Notes under the pieces: generated by a model
What the model saw: the letters and a program-made list of their open reading frames with translations, nothing else
Told to the model about the DNA's origin: nothing
Databases searched by the model: none
Translations under genes and position numbers: made by a program
Part shown: positions 39,594 through 49,931 of the stretch, one piece after another
Numbering within the stretch: the first letter of the stretch is position 1
Layout of the letters: the number at the start of each line of letters is the position of its first letter
Assembly: GCA_024650005.2 (NCBI GenBank)
Contig: CP122380.1
Location: 1,312,001 to 1,376,000, forward strand
Origin: Candidatus Bathyarchaeum tardum
GTDB lineage: Archaea > Thermoproteota > Bathyarchaeia > Bathyarchaeales > Bathyarchaeaceae
Direction: 5' to 3'
Length of the DNA: 64,000 nucleotides

Positions 39594-40080
39594 CTTTGCT
39601 TTTTTGGGTTTTTTCTTTAATTTTAGGCAAAATGGTTTTTTCGATCCACTGTTCACCTTGGGTAGTTAGCTTGAAATCGGGTTTTGCTGGATCAGGCTTG
39701 AAGACGATTCCCCGTTTCGTCATCTCGTTAAGGCGCGCAGGAACTACAGATTTTATTCCACTCGAAGCCAAAAGCTGTTTGACTTGACTGGCGGTGCTCA
39801 AGTTATTGTCTGACGCAAACAAGACCAAACCAATCGCCTCGTAATGGGTGAGTTTTTCACGAGTTGTAATAATCGGACCTTCTGTTGTGATTTCGATTAC
39901 TCCGTCAAGCAAAGTCTGCAGCGAGGGCGTCAAATTAGTAGAAATGAAACTACTTACTTCATTCATAAATTTCGGGGGCATATTTTTCAATGTTTTTAAA
40001 ATTTCCTCTGCACTTTCATCCTCAATCACAACTTCACCAAAAGGCGCCTTAACCCTAACCCGAATTTTTCCCATATTCAC
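39583..40080 (-). CDS. Conserved hypothetical protein with C-terminal wHTH
   Basis: KLTHYEAIGLVLFAS, VPARLNEM, FKLTTQGEQW. Confidence 0.7.
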   Translation of the reverse strand: MNMGKIRVRVKAPFGEVVIEDESAEEILKTLKNMPPKFMNEVSSFISTNLTPSLQTLLDGVIEITTEGPIITTREKLTHYEAIGLVLFASDNNLSTASQVKQLLASSGIKSVVPARLNEMTKRGIVFKPDPAKPDFKLTTQGEQWIEKTILPKIKEKTQKSKAKL

Positions 40081-40293
40081 AGCATCCTACAACTAAAAAC
40101 ACACTTAACTTTATCAATCTTTTACTTTCTTTTACAAACAAAAAAATACAATTTCACATATTTACACAACATAATAGAAGTCTAATAGTAGTTAAATATT
40201 AAAAAAAGATTTTTTCTGAATTTTCTTCATAACCCACTTCTAAATTTTAAGTTCACAATGAACACTAAAACAATAAAAATGGAAAAAAGTTGG

Positions 40294-41049
40294 TTATTGT
40301 ACTGTATATCCGCCGTCTGCGACGATACATTGTCCAGTTATGAAGCTTGATTTGTCGCTTGATAGAAAGGCAACTAGGTTGGCGATGTCTTGGGGTTGTC
40401 CCCATCTGCCTAGGGGGATTGCTCGTTTGGTTTGTTCTTCGAGTTCTTTGTTTCCGGTTTTTGTTCCTGGGGTTTCTATTGGACCTGGAGCGATAGCGTT
40501 GACGTTAATTCCAAACTTTGCTAATTCTAGGGCAAGGGCTTTTGTGAATCCTACAATTGCGGCTTTGCTAGCAGAGTAATGGGTTAAAGCTGGAAAACCA
40601 ACGGTCGTGCCAGCTATAGAGGCGATGTTTACTATTTTTCCGTATTTTTGTTTTATCATCAATGGAGCAATCGCCTTTGTACAATGAAAAACACCGTTCA
40701 GGTTAACGTTTAGCACTTTGCTCCAGTCGTCTTTAGTTATATCTGTAAACATTTGCTGAGGAAAAATTCCCGCATTGTTTACCAAAATATCTACCCGTCC
40801 AAACTTTTTGCTGATTTGATTTATTGCTTGCTTTATGGCATCAAAATCAGTGACATCTAACTTAACAACCATTCCTTGTGAACCCATCTGTTCAATCTCT
40901 TTAACAACATCAGAAACATTTTCTGCAATATCAACTGCAACAACTTTCGCGCCATTTTGCGCTAGAACCAAAGCAACCTGTTTACCGATACCCTGACTGG
41001 CTCCAGTTACAACAGCGATTTTACCTGATAATTCACTCAAACATTTCAC
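40294..41049 (-). CDS. Short-chain dehydrogenase/reductase (FabG-like)
   Basis: TGASQGIG, NNAG, YSASK, VNAIAPG, DGG. Confidence 0.93.
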   Translation of the reverse strand: MKCLSELSGKIAVVTGASQGIGKQVALVLAQNGAKVVAVDIAENVSDVVKEIEQMGSQGMVVKLDVTDFDAIKQAINQISKKFGRVDILVNNAGIFPQQMFTDITKDDWSKVLNVNLNGVFHCTKAIAPLMIKQKYGKIVNIASIAGTTVGFPALTHYSASKAAIVGFTKALALELAKFGINVNAIAPGPIETPGTKTGNKELEEQTKRAIPLGRWGQPQDIANLVAFLSSDKSSFITGQCIVADGGYTVQ

Positions 41050-41181
41050 CTCCAGTTCTCAAAATTTGCATTCAACAACAAAATCCTATCATAATTTTCA
41101 ATGGATAATTTGTTAACATAATCTTACGTGTAAAGTGAATAAAATGTTTCCCATTCAACATAAATTAAACGTTCTTTACTT

Positions 41182-42111
41182 TCAAACCCCGAGCACAGCT
41201 AGCCATATGTTCAGGTAAACTATAGCGCCAACTGAAGAAATCAAAGTCAACGAAGCAACTGTTTCCCGATAAAAATCATAACGTTCACTTAAAACAGACA
41301 ACGCAACTGCAACAGGCATAGCATGCATAAGAATCAACACAGATTCTTCAATTATTGGCAACTGGAACAATGTCAAAGTAGCCAAAGCCACCAAGGGCAA
41401 GAAAATTATCCGTAAAAGGCTTAAACCAAAACCTAACTTTAGATTGGCATATTTTTTTCCATACAAAAATGCCCCTAACATAAAAACTGCAACCGCAGAT
41501 GTAGTGCCACCTACCATGTGCAAAAAAGTAGTCAAAGGAGAAGGAATTTCCAATCCAACTACAGAAATTAATATGCCAACAAAAATGGAAATAATCAAAG
41601 GATTCTTCACAAGGCGAATGCTAATATGTTTTAATCCCCCAAATTTTGAGGCTTTTTCAAGGCGATAAAATTCTAGTAACGCAATAGACAATGCTATTGA
41701 TGCGATTCCAATTGTTGCAGCTGCTAAGGTGGCTGTTTGTTCTATTTGAGCTGAAGGAAAAGCAAAGGTTACGAAAGGGATACCGAAAAATGCGGTGTTA
41801 CCAAATATTGTGCTTAATGTGACAAGATAAAACGTTTTTTTTGAAAATCTGATTATGATATAAAACAGAATAAAGATTGCCATAACCAAAAATATGGGAA
41901 TAATTCCAGCAAAAATAAACATTAAAGTTTCTGTAACAAAGGTTGTCTCAGCCATGTCAACAATAAACAAGGCTGGCAACGCAAAATAGTAAACATATGA
42001 ACTGAGGACCCGTTCGTCTCCAGTCTTTAGCACACCAAACTTTCTTGAAAGAAAACCAATGCCCATCAATAACAAAATGGGAACTGCTGTACCTATTAGT
42101 GCATCTGCCAT
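41182..42111 (-). CDS. AEC (auxin efflux carrier) family transporter
   Basis: YFALPAL, GNTAFFGIP, KNPLIIS, AMPVAV; about 10 TM. Confidence 0.88.
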   Translation of the reverse strand: MADALIGTAVPILLLMGIGFLSRKFGVLKTGDERVLSSYVYYFALPALFIVDMAETTFVTETLMFIFAGIIPIFLVMAIFILFYIIIRFSKKTFYLVTLSTIFGNTAFFGIPFVTFAFPSAQIEQTATLAAATIGIASIALSIALLEFYRLEKASKFGGLKHISIRLVKNPLIISIFVGILISVVGLEIPSPLTTFLHMVGGTTSAVAVFMLGAFLYGKKYANLKLGFGLSLLRIIFLPLVALATLTLFQLPIIEESVLILMHAMPVAVALSVLSERYDFYRETVASLTLISSVGAIVYLNIWLAVLGV

Positions 42112-42190
42112 TGCTGTTCCTCAGTTTAGTTTTGTTCAATAATAAGAATAAGGTTTGCAGATTACATAAACCACAAGGGTGAGAATCATT

Positions 42191-44083
42191 TTATTGATTA
42201 AGTTTGTCTTTAAGTATTTCATTCACTTCTTTGGGTTTTACTCGTCCTCGTGCCTTCTTCATGACAATGCCCATTAATGCCCCGGCGGCACCTGCTCCTT
42301 TATGTTCAATAAATTCAGAATTTTTTTCAATGACATCGTCAACCAATGCCTCCAACTCTTTTTGTGACATCATAGATAACCCCAAATTTTCAAGAGCTTC
42401 ATTCACATCAGCTCCTTCATTTTTGGCAAGCCACGTTAAAACTTCAGGGATGCTTTCTTTTGCTGTTTTACCTTGACCAATGAGTTTACACAATTCTTTG
42501 AATTGTGTTTCAGAAACAGCATCAATGTTCACTCCATCCCGTTGAAGAGCCTTCAAGGTTTCAGTTAACGCAACCGCGATAACTGTTGTAGAAACTTTAG
42601 TTTCCTTTGATAAACACTCAAACAGCTCAAGGTAATCCGAATCCAAAACCTGCTTTGCAAGCTTTCGGTTAATCTTGTAGTCAGTCATTAACCGTTTCAT
42701 CAAATCTTCAGGCAATTCAGGAAGCCGCCCCTTCAGGTCCTCAACGTATTCGTTAGTAATCTGGATTGGTGAAACATCAGTTTCTGGATACATTCTTGCT
42801 GCGCCAGGTCTTGGTCGCATATATTTTGTTGTTCCATCCGGATTTGCTGACCGGGTTTCTTCAGGAACAAATTGTAATGCTACTTTAGCACGTTCAACAA
42901 CTGCTTTTAATGCATCAACTGAGTTTTGTTGAGTATCAGCAACAAAAACTAGAGCATCTTGATGTTGTTTGTTTAGAACGTGTCCAAGTTCATCAATTTC
43001 TTCTTGGGTTACACCATAGGCGGGCATTTCATCAGTGTGAAAAATGCCCCCAACTTTTCCCCAAAAACGAGCCATACCAGCTAATTCAGAGCCTAATCGC
43101 ATTCCAGGTGCTAATTCTTTTTTGAGTAACCCACCAAAACAGGGCAATTTAACTGCTAAAACAGGGTTTTTGTTTTTTATTGCCCTTGATATAACTTTGC
43201 AGTTGGTATTCTTGAAAACGTGGGTTACATCAACAAAAGCATCATCTAAGTCTGATTCTGTTACGCCACGGTTGTTTAGTTCATCCCTTAACTCTAACAA
43301 GCTAAGCTGGCGTTGAACTTCATTTTCGATTACCTGAGAAACCAAGTCAAGCTCCTGAACACCTTTAATCTCAATTAAAGCACCATCCCGGATGGAAACA
43401 TTTACGTCTTGGCGGATTGTTCCTAGCCCACGTTTTACTCTGCGGGTTGATCTTAGTATTCTTCCGATGGCTGCTGCTGTTTCTTGAGCCTCTAGTGGAG
43501 TATAGATTACTGGTGCAGTTGTAATTTCAATTAATGGAATTCCAAGACGGTCAATACGGTAACGAATCAATTGACCTTCTGTTCCCATTTTTCGTGCAGC
43601 ATCTTCTTCAAGGCTCACCTGAGAAATTTCAACGCTTTTTCCTTTGACGTCAATTGCGCCATTCAAGGCAACAACACAAGTTCGTTGAAAACCGGTAGTA
43701 TTAGAGCCATCAATTACTGTTTTGCGCATAACATGAACCTCGTCCACGGGTCTCATGTTCATCATAAGGGAAGTTAGCAGAGTAATTTCTACAGCTTCAC
43801 TGTTGAGGTCGTGAGGAGGTTCTTCATCCATTTCTACTAGACATGCAGTGTGGTTGTTTGCTTCGTACAGAATCTGTTTTTCTTTCTGGAATTCAAAAAG
43901 TGCTGCATCATCAACTTTGCCTAATTCACTCTGGGCGGGACGTAGTTTGCGTAGAAACGTGAACTGAGGATCTTCTTTGAAAAGTTCTGGTTGACAAGAA
44001 CAGAAAAGCTTCTCTTTAGTGTCCAATTGCTGATGAATTTCAAGTCCCGCTTTAAAACCAATTTTTGCATATTTGTTGCTCAT
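42191..44083 (-). CDS. gatE: Glu-tRNA(Gln) amidotransferase subunit E
   Basis: GLEIHQQL, DGSNTTGFQRT, DRLGIPLIEI, RPRPGAARMYPETD. Confidence 0.97.
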   Translation of the reverse strand: MSNKYAKIGFKAGLEIHQQLDTKEKLFCSCQPELFKEDPQFTFLRKLRPAQSELGKVDDAALFEFQKEKQILYEANNHTACLVEMDEEPPHDLNSEAVEITLLTSLMMNMRPVDEVHVMRKTVIDGSNTTGFQRTCVVALNGAIDVKGKSVEISQVSLEEDAARKMGTEGQLIRYRIDRLGIPLIEITTAPVIYTPLEAQETAAAIGRILRSTRRVKRGLGTIRQDVNVSIRDGALIEIKGVQELDLVSQVIENEVQRQLSLLELRDELNNRGVTESDLDDAFVDVTHVFKNTNCKVISRAIKNKNPVLAVKLPCFGGLLKKELAPGMRLGSELAGMARFWGKVGGIFHTDEMPAYGVTQEEIDELGHVLNKQHQDALVFVADTQQNSVDALKAVVERAKVALQFVPEETRSANPDGTTKYMRPRPGAARMYPETDVSPIQITNEYVEDLKGRLPELPEDLMKRLMTDYKINRKLAKQVLDSDYLELFECLSKETKVSTTVIAVALTETLKALQRDGVNIDAVSETQFKELCKLIGQGKTAKESIPEVLTWLAKNEGADVNEALENLGLSMMSQKELEALVDDVIEKNSEFIEHKGAGAAGALMGIVMKKARGRVKPKEVNEILKDKLNQ

Positions 44084-44095
44084 GACTTTGTCTCC

Positions 44096-45427
44096 TCAGA
44101 TTTCTGCCTCGTCGTAAAGTGTTCTAGATGAATACTCATCGGCTAAATTTATTTTAAGAAGTTTCTTTACTTCGTCAACATCCCTTGTTTGACCTAAAAC
44201 CCATCTGAGTTTAACATAAGCGGTTTCAGGAAGCATGTCATCCAAAGAAACAACACCCAAAGCCAGAAGGTCTCGTCCTTGGTCGTAAACATTCAAGTTG
44301 AGTCTACCCCACAAACACTGCGACGTCATACAAACAACAACGCTTTTTTCAACGGCATTTTTGATAGCCGAAAACAAGTAATTTCCAACATGACCCAGAC
44401 CGGTACCTTCAAAAACGATTCCACGATAACCGTTGCTGACGTACCAGTCAATAATTTCAGGATTGACATCGGGATATGCTTTAACAATAGCCACTTTATC
44501 GTCAAAGTTTGTGTTCAGCTTCAATTTACGGGAAACATCTCGCTTTCTGTAATTTTTCGTTAACATATTCAGTTTGCTATCAGTCAATCGTGCAATAGGC
44601 AAAGCATTTACAGACTTGAAGGTGTCCCTGCGACTTGTATGGCATTTTCTTGCTTTAGTTCCTCGATGAAATACGATTGAAGTATCAGAAACAGTCTCGT
44701 GCATTGCAATAACAACTTCTGCAAAAGGTGCAAAAACTGCTGCTTTCACTGCGCCAATCAAGTTAGTTGCTGCATCAGAACTAGGACGATCCGCTGACCT
44801 TTGCGAAGCAACCATAACTACTGGAACAGGTAAATCCTGTAAAGCAAAACTCAATGCTGCTGCACTGTAGCCTAAAGTATCTGTTCCGTGAGCGACAACA
44901 ACGCCGTCTACTCCATTTTCAATATGCTTTGCAACTGCTTTTGCTGTTCCAATCCAATGTTCGGAAGTTATATTTTCACTAAAAATACTAAACAAAATTT
45001 CTGTTTCTACTACTGCTAGTTCGGAAAGTTCAGGAACCACACTGTAAAGTTCGCTAGCTGACATTGCAGCACGTACTCCACCTGTTCGGTAATCTACGCG
45101 ACTGGCTATGGTGCCCCCTGTGCTTACTATCGCTACTCGGGGTAATTTGCTGTTTTGTTTTGGAAGGGGCGGAGGAGTAAATGTTGGTTTTGTACCTTCG
45201 CCAACTTTTTCTATTTTTGCTGATAGGTCAACGCGGACCCCAACATTGTAGCCGCTTTTCATTTTAATTACAATATGATGTTCATCGCCAATTTCTGAGC
45301 GGGGAATAAGAATCCCTTCCCAGCTGTCTTCCCCTTTAGTTACGCGAATAACAGCCCCAATTTCGGCGTTAATGCTCTTCAAAAGTTGTAAAGTCTGTCC
45401 CCTGTAACCTGTAAACTCCTCAGTCAA
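44096..45427 (-). CDS. gatD: Glu-tRNA(Gln) amidotransferase subunit D
   Basis: KMKSGYNVG, STGGTIASRVDYRTG, HGTDT, SQRSADRPSSD, HTSRRD. Confidence 0.97.
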   Translation of the reverse strand: MTEEFTGYRGQTLQLLKSINAEIGAVIRVTKGEDSWEGILIPRSEIGDEHHIVIKMKSGYNVGVRVDLSAKIEKVGEGTKPTFTPPPLPKQNSKLPRVAIVSTGGTIASRVDYRTGGVRAAMSASELYSVVPELSELAVVETEILFSIFSENITSEHWIGTAKAVAKHIENGVDGVVVAHGTDTLGYSAAALSFALQDLPVPVVMVASQRSADRPSSDAATNLIGAVKAAVFAPFAEVVIAMHETVSDTSIVFHRGTKARKCHTSRRDTFKSVNALPIARLTDSKLNMLTKNYRKRDVSRKLKLNTNFDDKVAIVKAYPDVNPEIIDWYVSNGYRGIVFEGTGLGHVGNYLFSAIKNAVEKSVVVCMTSQCLWGRLNLNVYDQGRDLLALGVVSLDDMLPETAYVKLRWVLGQTRDVDEVKKLLKINLADEYSSRTLYDEAEI

Positions 45428-45509
45428 ACCAGTTTTCTCCAGTTTCTTATGCTCTCAACTAAACAAGCTGAAAACATCTTTCAATTATAAATCCCGTTTA
45501 TTAAAAGAT

Positions 45510-47099
45510 TCAGTTGACCTGTTTAGAAACATACGGACCATCATAACTGTATCCTAACTGCATGTAATACGGTTTTGTCCCAAGGGCACTAATCACCACA
45601 ACTTTTTTGCGGTCAAAATCTTCAACAGCTACTTTTTCTGCTTCAGATAATAACACGTTACCATAACCCTTGTGCTGCCAAGCCCCAATAAAATGCTTCC
45701 CAACTGGAACCAAAGGACCGTAAACCCTAAGCTCACGAACTATCGCAGCTTTTTTAGAAGCAATTTCGGGTCGAAACGCTTTTTCAGAAGGAATCCGTAG
45801 ACGTACGTAGCCCAACAAAACGTCGTTAACTGGATCTTCAGCCGAAATAAACAACTCCGTTCCCTCCGAAGCAGACTCTTTTATTGTCTGAATTTCAATG
45901 TTTTCCAGGTCTGGTTTCACGTTATCCTTTAGCCAGCGGTGACCTACTTCTCTACACCGGATACAAGGGCACTTGTTTCCTTGATTTTCAAGTATCTCTA
46001 ATGCGATCTGCCGTAGATTACTCAATTTTACTCCTGCTTCAATCAAATTTGCAGGAATATCCCGTTGAACACGCATTATCCGAACCCACGGAGGAACAAA
46101 CTTTTTCACTTCAGCTATTAATTGGGCAGCTTCTTCTGTGCTGTATGGTTGGTATTCCCCTTTTTTCCACCAATCGTAAACTTTGGTTCCTTTTACCACT
46201 AAACACGGGTACAACTTAATCATGTCAGGCTTGAAAACAGGATTAACAAAAACTTCCCTGAATCCGTCAAGGTCCCGCTCAAAATTTGAACCAGGCAAAC
46301 CAGGCATAAGATGGTAAACCAGCTTTAATCCGGCGTCTTTCATTATTTGAGTGGCTTTGATAACATCTATTACTTGGTGTCCCCTGTTAACTTGCTTGTA
46401 GATGTCATCGTAAATGTTTTGAACACCCAGTTCAACACGGGTTACACCCATAGTTAGCATTTGGTTAACTTGTTCTTGTTTTGCCCAATCAGGTCGAGTT
46501 TCAACAGTTATTCCAACGTTCCGAACCTTACTGTTCTCTGCTAACTTTTTTGCTTCATCTAAAGAGTTTGATTTGGTTCTTGTGATGGCGTCTAGGCACT
46601 GTTTAACAAAATCTTCTTGATATTCCCTAGGTGTACTAGGAAAAGTTCCTCCCATTACAATGAGCTCTACTTTGTCAACCTTGTGACCTATCATTTCAAG
46701 CTGCTCAATACGATTCGTGACTTGATTGTACGGATTATACTCGTTTTGTGAACCCCTCAAAGCAGCCGGCTCATGACCCGTATAACTTTGTGGAGACCCA
46801 GACGTGGGTCCCCCTGGACAGTACGCACAGGGCAAGTCTTGGGGACAAGGCAGGGGTTTGGTCATCACTGCTACTACTGTTACCCCAGAAATTGTGCGGA
46901 CGACTTTTCGGCGCAGAACAGGAATCAGTTTTGCTGTTTCTTCAGGTTCAAGGTGTTGAATTATTTCCGCGTTAGATGGAACTTTGTTTAAACTGTATTT
47001 TTTTGCAACCTTCATTTTGAGGCAATCTAAATCTTTCTTTGAAGGACTGGAAAACTCAAGCAACTGACGAATTATTTCCCGATACGCCTCAACACTCAT
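45510..47099 (-). CDS. elp3: tRNA uridine(34) acetyltransferase Elp3 (radical SAM + KAT)
   Basis: RTISGV, C....CAYCPGG, QSYTGHEPA, ETRPD, RVQRDIP, CIRCREVG, QHKGYG. Confidence 0.96.
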   Translation of the reverse strand: MSVEAYREIIRQLLEFSSPSKKDLDCLKMKVAKKYSLNKVPSNAEIIQHLEPEETAKLIPVLRRKVVRTISGVTVVAVMTKPLPCPQDLPCAYCPGGPTSGSPQSYTGHEPAALRGSQNEYNPYNQVTNRIEQLEMIGHKVDKVELIVMGGTFPSTPREYQEDFVKQCLDAITRTKSNSLDEAKKLAENSKVRNVGITVETRPDWAKQEQVNQMLTMGVTRVELGVQNIYDDIYKQVNRGHQVIDVIKATQIMKDAGLKLVYHLMPGLPGSNFERDLDGFREVFVNPVFKPDMIKLYPCLVVKGTKVYDWWKKGEYQPYSTEEAAQLIAEVKKFVPPWVRIMRVQRDIPANLIEAGVKLSNLRQIALEILENQGNKCPCIRCREVGHRWLKDNVKPDLENIEIQTIKESASEGTELFISAEDPVNDVLLGYVRLRIPSEKAFRPEIASKKAAIVRELRVYGPLVPVGKHFIGAWQHKGYGNVLLSEAEKVAVEDFDRKKVVVISALGTKPYYMQLGYSYDGPYVSKQVN

Positions 47100-47154
47100 T
47101 AGGTTTCATCTACTGAACATGCACAAAACCTGTCAAATAAAGCCTACAGTTTTT

Positions 47155-47712
47155 TCAAAGATTCGAACAAACTGCAACATAGCCCTTTAGTGCTTCATCA
47201 TTATTGAACATAACAAGTTTCAATTGTGAACGCTTCAACAAATCAACAAAATTTTGCTGTGTGAACTTTTTTTTCAACCCAGTTATTGCAAATAACGCTT
47301 CAGGTTTGCCTGTGCGTTTCATTTCCAAAATCGTTCTTGTGGGTTCAGGCATATTCTGCAACACGGTAACCGAAAAAATCTTGTCAAACAGGTCGTCCAC
47401 AAAAGGGGTGTTATCAGCATCTGCACAAACTAAATCCACGTTAGACTTGTTTTGAATTCGCTTTTTTGCATACAATAACGCTTTTTTGGAGACATCAGCC
47501 CCAACAATAAAGCCTGCTTTTTCCGATATGTGTTCAAATAAGAACCCTGTTCCACAGCCTAGATCTAAAACAAGTTCGTTGAACTTTAAATCCAAACTTT
47601 TTAGCAGGCTTTCAATTTTATTGTCCTGTTCGCTGATGTATTGCTTGTCATAAATTCCCGCTTGCAGGTCGTAATGTTGTTTGTTGCTGCGTTTTTGTTT
47701 CCAATCTTGCAT
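47155..47712 (-). CDS. Class I SAM-dependent methyltransferase
   Basis: VLDLGCGTG motif I. Confidence 0.88.
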   Translation of the reverse strand: MQDWKQKRSNKQHYDLQAGIYDKQYISEQDNKIESLLKSLDLKFNELVLDLGCGTGFLFEHISEKAGFIVGADVSKKALLYAKKRIQNKSNVDLVCADADNTPFVDDLFDKIFSVTVLQNMPEPTRTILEMKRTGKPEALFAITGLKKKFTQQNFVDLLKRSQLKLVMFNNDEALKGYVAVCSNL

Positions 47713-47766
47713 GGTTCTCAGAAGTTTTATCTATACTTGCTCTTCTTTAGATTGTCGGCGGTCAAT

Positions 47767-48546
47767 ATGTCAAAATCCAGCTCTGTGACTATCTTAGAAA
47801 ACCCGACAATTGAACAAGCAACAGAATTTATAAAAAATGCTGTTTCAGAACACAAAGCAGTAATACTAGTAGGAAAATGTTGGGTAAACTACAACGGACG
47901 CGCAAGCTCAAAACTGGAACCAGGGGAACGCATAGTTATAATCAAAGAAGACGGCTCAGTTTTGGTTCATCGACCCAACGGATACGTCCCCGTTAACTGG
48001 CAGCCTGCAGGATGCACATTTCAGGTTCGTACTAAAGATGAAGCTGTACGGATTAGAGCTAATCGACGCAAACCTTTGGAATCTCTTAGTGTACATTTTG
48101 ATGTAATTTTTTCGGTTTCAGCCATGAAACTGGTTGACCATGGAGAATTCTCTTTACATGCTAGTGAATCAGACATGCAAAAAGCAATACTAGTAGACCC
48201 TTCCCTTTTGGAAGAAGGTTTTGAACTAATATCATACGAAAAAAAAGTTGACCCAGGATTTGTTGACGTTTACGGTCTAGATAAAAACGGAACCTTAGTA
48301 GTTGTTGAACTTAAACGTAAAACAGCAGGGCGGGATGCTGCTCTTCAATTATCCAAGTATGTTGATTGCATCAAAAACATAACAAATCGAGAACTCCGGG
48401 GAATTCTTGTTGCACCTAGTTTAGCAAAAGGAGTTCAAACAATATTAACCAGGTTAGGTTTAGAGTACAAATCCTTAGACCCTAAAACATGTGCAGATAT
48501 TTTACAAAAATCAGCAACCAAAAAACTTGAAGACTTCTTTGAATAA
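47767..48546 (+). CDS. nucS: Endonuclease NucS/EndoMS
   Basis: YNGRASS.L..GER, KEDGSVLVH, PVNWQP, VVELKR, QLSKY; C-terminal PIP-like KKLEDFF. Confidence 0.95.
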   Translation: MSKSSSVTILENPTIEQATEFIKNAVSEHKAVILVGKCWVNYNGRASSKLEPGERIVIIKEDGSVLVHRPNGYVPVNWQPAGCTFQVRTKDEAVRIRANRRKPLESLSVHFDVIFSVSAMKLVDHGEFSLHASESDMQKAILVDPSLLEEGFELISYEKKVDPGFVDVYGLDKNGTLVVVELKRKTAGRDAALQLSKYVDCIKNITNRELRGILVAPSLAKGVQTILTRLGLEYKSLDPKTCADILQKSATKKLEDFFE

Positions 48547-48560
48547 CTTCAGTTATTTTT

Positions 48561-48899
48561 TTATCTAACATAGTAGGGGCTCTTGTCCTTTTCCAATTTT
48601 TTCATGGTTTCTGCTAACATATAATCCATGTCTTTACCCCATAGGAGCCATCGAAGTCCATGGTAAAAACGTAAAAATTCCAATCCCTTGTTGGTGGTTT
48701 TGTAAACATTTTCGTTATCTTTGTTTACTGTTATCAGTTTCATTAGCATCATTGCTGGCACATATTTTTCAAGACTGCTCTGATCTAGTTCACATCCAAC
48801 AATGATTTCAGATTCTTTTGAACCTAAAGCAGCGATCCGTAAAATGTCTGCGACCACATCAAACTCTTTTCTTTTTTCTACCACCTGATTCTCATCCAC
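48561..48899 (-). CDS. wHTH protein (HTH_45-like), tandem paralog 1
   Basis: VVADILR...YKTTNKGLEFL. Confidence 0.75.
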   Translation of the reverse strand: MDENQVVEKRKEFDVVADILRIAALGSKESEIIVGCELDQSSLEKYVPAMMLMKLITVNKDNENVYKTTNKGLEFLRFYHGLRWLLWGKDMDYMLAETMKKLEKDKSPYYVR

Positions 48900-48981
48900 C
48901 TTGATTTTAATGATTTAGTTTTACAACAAAATTATTCTTTGTTGAAACTCTTGGAATAATTACAAGCAATTCTAGTTGTTT

Positions 48982-49281
48982 TCAGCTAACATAGAATGGT
49001 GATTCTTCTTTATGTTTTATCTTGTCAAGAAGCTGCATCAGCATCAAATCGTTTTCTTTGCCATACAGTAACCATCTAAGCTTGTGGTAAGTGTCAAGAA
49101 ATTGCAATCCTTTTTTTGTGGTTTGGCAACGTATTTCATTGTCGTCGTCTACTGTAAGAAAACTTAGTTCTGCCAATGCAGACAAATAATTTTCAGTAGA
49201 CATTTCATCTAAATTGCACCGGTCCATAATTTCTGCTTCTTTAGTGCCGTTAGCTGCCACTCGCAATATTTTTGCTACCAC
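48982..49281 (-). CDS. wHTH protein (HTH_45-like), tandem paralog 2
   Basis: VAKILR...QTTKKGLQFL; shares YH.LRWLL.GK and SP.YV with paralog 1. Confidence 0.75.
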   Translation of the reverse strand: MVAKILRVAANGTKEAEIMDRCNLDEMSTENYLSALAELSFLTVDDDNEIRCQTTKKGLQFLDTYHKLRWLLYGKENDLMLMQLLDKIKHKEESPFYVS

Positions 49282-49625
49282 TTTTACTTCATTATTATTT
49301 TTCGTAATAATCCACCGCCAATTACTTTTGTAGTGAAATGAATTTTGTGCTGTCCGCTTTTAAAGGGATATTTCAGTACTGCAAATACTTACTTAGTTGA
49401 TAGTGAAAACTTCTATAAAAATATCAAGTCGAAACCTGAATAAAATTAGCCTAAACGATACATTATATTAAAATATTCTCTTTAGAAATCCGTTGATTTT
49501 TTTAAACGTTCAACTATTTTTCATATTAAGACACTGTTTGAAATTATGCTTTTGGTTACTTCGGTAACGGATTCTTTAACAATCTTTAAAATTGCAAAGC
49601 TGTTATTGTTAATCTGGGAATCAAT

Positions 49626-49931
49626 TTGGCTGTTTACATTCTTTTATCAAAGCTTACGTCCGAGGGAAGAAAAACTATCCGAGAAAAACCTAAACGCATA
49701 CAAGAAGTCAACCGAGAAATCAAATCGTGGGGTGCTAAAGTCATTAAACAATATTCTTTGCTTGGCCCCTACGATTTTTTGAACATTGTAGAAGCACCAA
49801 ACAACGAAGTAATTACCCGAATCTCTATAGAATTGGGGGCTCGGGGAACCGTAGAAATTGTTAGTTTACCGGCAATGGAAATCGAAGAATTCATAAACCT
49901 AGTAAATAACCGAGAACGCCAGCGCCTCTAG
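49626..49931 (+). CDS. GYD domain protein
   Basis: LLSKLT.EG, LGPYDFLNIVEAP, G.V...SLPA. Confidence 0.85.
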   Translation: MAVYILLSKLTSEGRKTIREKPKRIQEVNREIKSWGAKVIKQYSLLGPYDFLNIVEAPNNEVITRISIELGARGTVEIVSLPAMEIEEFINLVNNRERQRL

